From the IMG/VR virus record IMGVR_UViG_3300013772_000004: a stretch of DNA of 64,000 nt. The stretch is one strand, 5' to 3'. Positions 58,761 to 64,000 of this stretch are shown here, in pieces; positions within the stretch are counted from its first letter, which is position 1; every line of letters begins with the position of its first letter. The notes under the pieces were generated by a model that saw only the letters and a program-made list of their open reading frames with translations, searched no databases and had not been told where the DNA came from. A program made the translations under genes and the position numbers. The stretch is from an uncultured virus (IMG/VR IMGVR_UViG_3300013772_000004) (lineage: Duplodnaviria > Heunggongvirae > Uroviricota > Caudoviricetes).

Positions 58761-60551
58761 ATGGGTCTTTTCTCGCGTATGGGTGCGTCACTCGGCCGAG
58801 TATTCGGCGGGTCGACGAGAGACGTGAGAAACGCCCTGAAGAACGACGCCGTGATCGACGGCAAGTGGGTCGAGACTCGTCAGGGCATCGGTGGAGCTCA
58901 GGTCGTCGGCAGCTTTCTCGCCTCGGCGGAACGAAATCCCCGGTTGGCGTCCGTCAGGCAGCGAGTCGAGGCGTATCAGGACGTCTCGTACAACGTGTCG
59001 ATCGTCGCGACCTCGCTGCGCTACGTCAGCGCGCTGATCACGGCGACCAACTGGAACGTCCACGCTCCCAAGGGTAAGAATATCCTGACCGACAAGGGCG
59101 TTCCAACCGGCGACAAGTCGGAGAAGCCGGTGCTTCCTGGCACGGGCGCGACACCCGCTCCATCGGCGAAGCAGTTCGCGGGACGGGACCCCTCCGGCCC
59201 CGCGGATCCCGAGGAGGACACGGATCGCTCCGACAACGAGGACTACGTCAACCTAACTCCGGCCGAGGTGAAGCTCGCCGCCGAGTACGCTGAGGCAATC
59301 CGCCAGAACCTCCGCCGCATGGCGGTACCGTGGTTCAAGGTCGTCCGACAGGCCGCGACCTTCAAGTGGTTCGGACACAGCGTGCAGGAGATGATCGCCC
59401 AGCGGATGGACGACATCATGCCCGGTTTCATCGGCATCGGCACCATCGAGAATCGTCCGATCGAGACGCTTCAGCAGTGGTTTCTCGATCAGGACTCCGG
59501 CGCGGTTCAGGGATGGATCCAGCGCGGCATTCTCGACGGCACCGAGCACAACCTCGATCGCGAGCGCTGCGTCTACATCGTCGACGATACGCTCACGTCG
59601 CAGCCTGACGGCGTCGGCCTTCTTCGCCACGTCATCCAGCTCTGTGATCAGCTGAAGCGGCTCGAGCAGATCGAGCTCTGGGCCTACGAGACTGACCTGC
59701 GTGGCGTACCGATCGGCTACGCTCCGGTCGCGCTGCTGATGGAGCAGGTTCGCCAGGGTCGCATGACCAAGGCGCAGATGGAGCTCGCTCTCCAGGGCAT
59801 TCAGGACTTCATCGTTCACCACGTGGTGAACCCGGAGCTGGGCCTGCTGCTCGACTCCAGTCCCTACACGAGCAGCGACAACGCTCGCACTCCAGTCGGT
59901 AACACGCGCCAGTGGGGCATGGAGCTCGTCAAGGGTTCCGGCACCGGCCTCGCCGAGATCCACGCCGCGATCGAGCGTAAGAATCACGAGATCGCTCGCG
60001 CGCTTCACACCGAGCAGTTCATGCTCGGTGCCGGCGGAAAGGGCTCGCTGGCCCTCTCGGAGGACAAGAGCCGCTCGATGATCGAGCTCATCAACTCGAT
60101 CATCATGGAGGTCGCCTGGTCTCTCGAGCACGACATGATTCGGCGTATCTTCATTCTCAACAACTGGGACATGAAGCTGATGCCGCGTCTTCTGCCCGAC
60201 GCGGTGGCTCTCCGGTCGGTGAGTATCATCACGGACGCGCTCAGCAAGCTCGCCCTCGCGGGTGCCACTATCGATCGCAACGATCCGATCATCAACCAGA
60301 TTCGCTCGATGCTCAAGCTAGTCGAGCAGCCGTTCGTGACTCCCGAGATGATTGCCGCCTCGAAGCCACCGAACGCCGGAGGCACTCCGGGCCAGAAGGG
60401 TCCTACTGCACCGAATCTTACGAAGGACAACTCACTCGGCGCCGAACTCGAACGAGTGTTCTCTGCTCGACTTTCTACTCCTGGTGATGTTACTCCACTA
60501 GAGATGATGAAGCTGTTCACTGACACCGTCAACGCCCGGAGGGTCTCGTGA
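58761..60551 (+). CDS. Portal protein (DUF935-like)
   Basis: Follows terL; PDGVGLLR, DLRGVP and GSLALS motifs. Confidence 0.85.
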   Translation: MGLFSRMGASLGRVFGGSTRDVRNALKNDAVIDGKWVETRQGIGGAQVVGSFLASAERNPRLASVRQRVEAYQDVSYNVSIVATSLRYVSALITATNWNVHAPKGKNILTDKGVPTGDKSEKPVLPGTGATPAPSAKQFAGRDPSGPADPEEDTDRSDNEDYVNLTPAEVKLAAEYAEAIRQNLRRMAVPWFKVVRQAATFKWFGHSVQEMIAQRMDDIMPGFIGIGTIENRPIETLQQWFLDQDSGAVQGWIQRGILDGTEHNLDRERCVYIVDDTLTSQPDGVGLLRHVIQLCDQLKRLEQIELWAYETDLRGVPIGYAPVALLMEQVRQGRMTKAQMELALQGIQDFIVHHVVNPELGLLLDSSPYTSSDNARTPVGNTRQWGMELVKGSGTGLAEIHAAIERKNHEIARALHTEQFMLGAGGKGSLALSEDKSRSMIELINSIIMEVAWSLEHDMIRRIFILNNWDMKLMPRLLPDAVALRSVSIITDALSKLALAGATIDRNDPIINQIRSMLKLVEQPFVTPEMIAASKPPNAGGTPGQKGPTAPNLTKDNSLGAELERVFSARLSTPGDVTPLEMMKLFTDTVNARRVS

Positions 60552-61078
60552 GTACCAGTCAGGTCTACATCGGACAGTACGCCTACGACGTCTACGGGAA
60601 TACGGCCGACGCGGACCAGTATTGGTTCCCGCTGAACAACATTCTCGAGTCCGGTACGTCATGGTCGCTCGCGTCAGCCGACGCTCGGGCGAGCTCGCTG
60701 GTGGCGGCGACGCGCATCATCGACAGTCTCGGGTATCCCACGCTCTACGGAACGTTCAGCCTGCGAAACGCCATCGCCGACTTCGATACGATCTGCTACG
60801 AGATCGCCGGTCAGGTTCTACTCCAGCCCGCCGTCTTCACGCAACTGTCGTCCGGCTCGAACATCAGGCGAGTCGACGCGGGCGGCGGTGTCGTCGTCGA
60901 GTTCTTCAACGAGACTCTCACGACGACCAGTCGCTTCTCGCCGCTGGTCGATGCACTGCTGGCCAAGTACCTCGGCAACGACGTGGTCTCCACCAGCCAG
61001 TCCTGGGCGTCCGGTACGGGCGACAGCCCGGACGCGGGCGGTAACAGCTACAACTACAGCCTGACCAGGCCGACCTGA
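60548..61078 (+). CDS. Head-tail adaptor / head completion protein
   Basis: Y...ADAD.Y...LVAATRIID...YEIA pattern. Confidence 0.65.
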   Translation: MSTSQVYIGQYAYDVYGNTADADQYWFPLNNILESGTSWSLASADARASSLVAATRIIDSLGYPTLYGTFSLRNAIADFDTICYEIAGQVLLQPAVFTQLSSGSNIRRVDAGGGVVVEFFNETLTTTSRFSPLVDALLAKYLGNDVVSTSQSWASGTGDSPDAGGNSYNYSLTRPT

Positions 61079-61473
61079 TGGGCAAGAAGCTCTTCGGCAT
61101 CGACGTTCAGAAGCTGGTGGCCGACGCATTCAAGCCAAAGGACACGCAGAAGTTCATTCTTCGCAAGAAGTCCTACGCCGGCTACGACCCGGCCAATCCA
61201 ACCTCTGGGCGAGTCGAGACGCAGGTGGACTACCCCTGCAACGGTATGGTCACGTCCTATAGTCGTTTCATCTTCGCTCAGGACGATCTGATCGAGGACG
61301 GCGACATGCGTGCGGTGGTCGTCGGTCGACCTCTTGCTCTCCAGGGTGTGGAGCCTACGAAGGACGATCTGTTCGTCGACGACGAGGGAACTGTGTATAC
61401 GATCGTCAAGTCTGATACCACCGGACTGCGAGCCACCTACATTCTTCAGATCAGAGGAATCACGCAGCGGTGA
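61078..61473 (+). CDS. Head closure / head-tail joining protein
   Basis: YDPA...I..GD...P...D...YILQIR. Confidence 0.65.
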   Translation: MGKKLFGIDVQKLVADAFKPKDTQKFILRKKSYAGYDPANPTSGRVETQVDYPCNGMVTSYSRFIFAQDDLIEDGDMRAVVVGRPLALQGVEPTKDDLFVDDEGTVYTIVKSDTTGLRATYILQIRGITQR

Positions 61474-61537
61474 GTGGTGAGTTGATGCACTCCGAGGAAC
61501 TGGTACTCGTGACTCTTCAAGGCTATCTCGGGTTCTC

Positions 61538-63040
61538 ATGAAGCCTGCTCCCATCACGGTGGACGCGAAGCTGCGCAGCGAGGCAATCTCGTCGGCATCG
61601 CTCTCCATCGGTCGCGGACTCGGTCTCGACACGATGAAGATGTTCTCCGGAGGAAAGCCCGTCGACGAGGTTCTCCGTGACGAGCTCCTGGCCAAGTGTG
61701 CGACCGGTCAGTACGTGGAGCTCGAGGTTCCGATGCTCGCCTACGAGCAGCAGCCCGACTCCGTCAACAAGAACTACGTTCGGGTTCGCGACGGCGGCAT
61801 GATGGCGTTCGGCCAGTCGGCCAAGGGTAACCCTTTCCTCCGCGACCACGCCCAGAACGACTCGACTGCCGTCGGCGGTCGCATTACGAAGTCGCAGACC
61901 GTCAAGAACGGCGAGGGCGACTACAGCATCAACCAGACTGCGATGCTGACGGATCCCGCCATGGTCGCTCGCGCTCTTCGCGGCCTCATGTCGACGGTGT
62001 CCATCAGCTGGCGTTCTACGGACGGTCAGGTCGACTGCTCCGCGTGTGGCACGCCGGTTCTCACCGACTGCTACCACTTCCCCGGCGACAAGCTTCGCCA
62101 GGTCGAGAACGACGGCAAGAAGTCGTTCGTTCGCGATCGTAAGAATTCCACGCACACCGCGCAGTGGATCTATAACAACGTCGAGCACGTCGAGACGAGC
62201 GAGGTTCCGGTTCCGGCCGTGAAGAACGCCAAGATCGATGCGATCCGTAACTCTGTTCTGATGTCCGCTGGTTTGGCGGACGACAACGAACCCGATCCTG
62301 TCCCCGCACTCGCTCCGATCGAGCCTCCCATCACGGAGAAAAAGAACATGCTGACCGAAGAACAGATCAAGTCCCTCCAGCTCTCGCTCGATCGTGCCAA
62401 CAAGGTCATCGAGCTCAACGACACCGAGAAGGCGTACTTCCAGCGTCTCGGCGAGTCGGAGGGCGATCGCTTCCTCGCGAAGTCCTCGGCCGATCGCGGC
62501 AAGATGTTCGAGGTCGTCTACACGGCCAAGAACGGAACCGTCTTCACCGCCGCGGACGACAAGCGTCTCGTCGAGATGGCGAAGCAGGGCGACGCCGACA
62601 AGGAGGGCTTCGCCGTGGCGCTCGCCGCCGAGAAGGCAAAGGGCCTGCTGAGCCGCACCGAGGCGACTCTCAGCCACCTCAGCGGTCCGATCGAGGCGCG
62701 CGTCGCGCTTCTCACCGCCGTGGAGAGCATCGAGAACGCCGAGTACCGCACGGCGGCGCTCGCGGCGCTGTCGGAGCAGGACGCGAAGGCCTCCAAGGCG
62801 TTCGTTCGTCAGGGCTCTGGCGCCACTGTCAAGGGTACCGAGAAGGCTCCCGTCGTCCTCAAGTCGGTCACCGGCGCGAACTCGGAGACCAAGCTGGAGT
62901 TCGAGGCCGAGCTCCAGGCGATGGCCGACGAGCTGGTCGCCAATGGCTCGCAGAAGGATCCGGAGATGGCCTACGTGGTCGCTCTCCAGTCCGACAAGGG
63001 CCGCGAGATCTACTCCAAGCTCCAGCACGTCTCGAAGTAG
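61538..63040 (+). CDS. Prohead protease with fused scaffold
   Basis: PFLRDH, TVSIS, CSACG..C.H.PG and ETSEVPVPA motifs; helical C-terminal half. Confidence 0.8.
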   Translation: MKPAPITVDAKLRSEAISSASLSIGRGLGLDTMKMFSGGKPVDEVLRDELLAKCATGQYVELEVPMLAYEQQPDSVNKNYVRVRDGGMMAFGQSAKGNPFLRDHAQNDSTAVGGRITKSQTVKNGEGDYSINQTAMLTDPAMVARALRGLMSTVSISWRSTDGQVDCSACGTPVLTDCYHFPGDKLRQVENDGKKSFVRDRKNSTHTAQWIYNNVEHVETSEVPVPAVKNAKIDAIRNSVLMSAGLADDNEPDPVPALAPIEPPITEKKNMLTEEQIKSLQLSLDRANKVIELNDTEKAYFQRLGESEGDRFLAKSSADRGKMFEVVYTAKNGTVFTAADDKRLVEMAKQGDADKEGFAVALAAEKAKGLLSRTEATLSHLSGPIEARVALLTAVESIENAEYRTAALAALSEQDAKASKAFVRQGSGATVKGTEKAPVVLKSVTGANSETKLEFEAELQAMADELVANGSQKDPEMAYVVALQSDKGREIYSKLQHVSK

Positions 63041-63097
63041 TCGCCAGTCGGCCACTAGAACACCCCAAATCACACTCTCTCGACAGGAGACTCTACG

Positions 63098-63487
63098 ATG
63101 CCGATCACTGGCGCCTACTCTAGCCCCGCATTCACCAACACCCTCAACGTCAAGGCGGCCGTGACGGCCGTTCGCTACACGGCGATCGACGTCGAAGTCA
63201 CCACTGGCAGCGCGATCCTCACGACCCTCGCCGGCGCGATGATCGGGGTCGCCCAGGACAACACCGACGGACCGCACGGCGTTCCGTACCAGCACACCGG
63301 CATCACGCCGATGGTGACTGGAGCGGGTGGTGTCGCGGCCGGTGACTTCTTCCAGGTCGACGCGGCGGGCGGTGCGGTCCGTGCGATCGCCAGCGGCAAG
63401 CCGCACGGTCGCGTCCTCACCGGCGCGATCGCAGGCAAGCTCTGCACCGTCCAGCTTCACATCCAGAACGTCGCTCCGGCGACCTGA
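63098..63487 (+). CDS. Capsid decoration/cement protein
   Basis: Small Gly/Ala-rich protein immediately upstream of the capsid gene. Confidence 0.7.
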   Translation: MPITGAYSSPAFTNTLNVKAAVTAVRYTAIDVEVTTGSAILTTLAGAMIGVAQDNTDGPHGVPYQHTGITPMVTGAGGVAAGDFFQVDAAGGAVRAIASGKPHGRVLTGAIAGKLCTVQLHIQNVAPAT

Positions 63488-63549
63488 TCCTTCGGGCTTC
63501 TCACCACTCAACCTTTTCTCACTAGTCACACAACAGGAGCCTCCAGGCC

Positions 63550-64000
63550 ATGGCGACGACCCCTACCCTCTCAGACGTTCACGTAAACCGGCCGCTCACC
63601 AAGATGGCGGCCCTCTTCATGACGGACCTGCAGGACTTCCAGGCTGACTACCTGGCGCCCATCATGCCGTCTGACAAGCGTTCCAACACGTACTACAAGC
63701 TGGACAAGAACTACTGGTTCTCGGACATCATGCAGAAGCGTGGCCCGGGAGTCGCTGCGGTCCGGAAGGGCTGGGGTACTCTGATGGACTCCTTCCTCAT
63801 CGACGTCTGGGCCGTCGGCAAGGACATCGACGATCAGACCCGCGCCAATGCGGACGACGAGCTCCAGCTCGAGGCGACTTCGATGAAGTTCGTCGCTCGC
63901 GCCGAGCGCCTGAACCGCGAGAAGCGGTTCTACGACGCGGTCTGGAACGCGGCGGCGTGGAGCAACTCGCTGACGGGCAACACTGCTCTGTCCGCGATCT
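63550..64000 (+). CDS. Major capsid protein, 3'-truncated
   Basis: MATTPTLSDVHVNRPLT...; AGGAG RBS; open to the window end (absent from the ORF track). Confidence 0.88.
   Translation, partial: MATTPTLSDVHVNRPLTKMAALFMTDLQDFQADYLAPIMPSDKRSNTYYKLDKNYWFSDIMQKRGPGVAAVRKGWGTLMDSFLIDVWAVGKDIDDQTRANADDELQLEATSMKFVARAERLNREKRFYDAVWNAAAWSNSLTGNTALSAI

Noticed and set aside
56823..63529. Long antisense ORFs (551 aa, 668 aa, and similar ones such as 8499-9986)
   Set aside because: Shadow frames of GC-rich sense genes, with no recognisable motifs
1..64000. Prophage or lysogeny module
   Set aside because: No integrase, att-like junction or host genes recognised

Overview
This window is most of a GC-rich tailed dsDNA phage genome. 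Its replication and nucleotide module resembles YuA/M6-type phages. Layout: tail, lysis and virion accessory genes (+, 1-13.8 kb); replication and DNA-modification genes (+, 14.1-38 kb); many small early genes (-, 38-51.9 kb); a repeat-rich control or terminus region with an assembly gap (51.9-54.3 kb); terminase, portal, head completion, protease/scaffold and the start of the major capsid gene (+, 54.4-64 kb). The strongest candidate for an undescribed system is a thymidine-hypermodification cluster: a dUMP hydroxymethylase-like enzyme, a 5hmdU DNA kinase-like enzyme, two TET-associated-type glycosyltransferases, and a kinase plus nucleotidyltransferase pair. It is matched by a genome-wide footprint: TC/GA dinucleotides are abundant in genes but scarce in early promoters and in a 1.5 kb region. 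Other observations: ten related, mostly leaderless early promoters; an expanded Cys/His paralog family; four DUF3489-like wHTH paralogs; an over-represented CCCTCCGGGC motif; a tRNA-like element abutting a helicase start codon; and candidate Acb1-like and Acb2/Tad1-like anti-defence genes. All family calls are motif recognition by eye and all counts are by hand; no searches were run.
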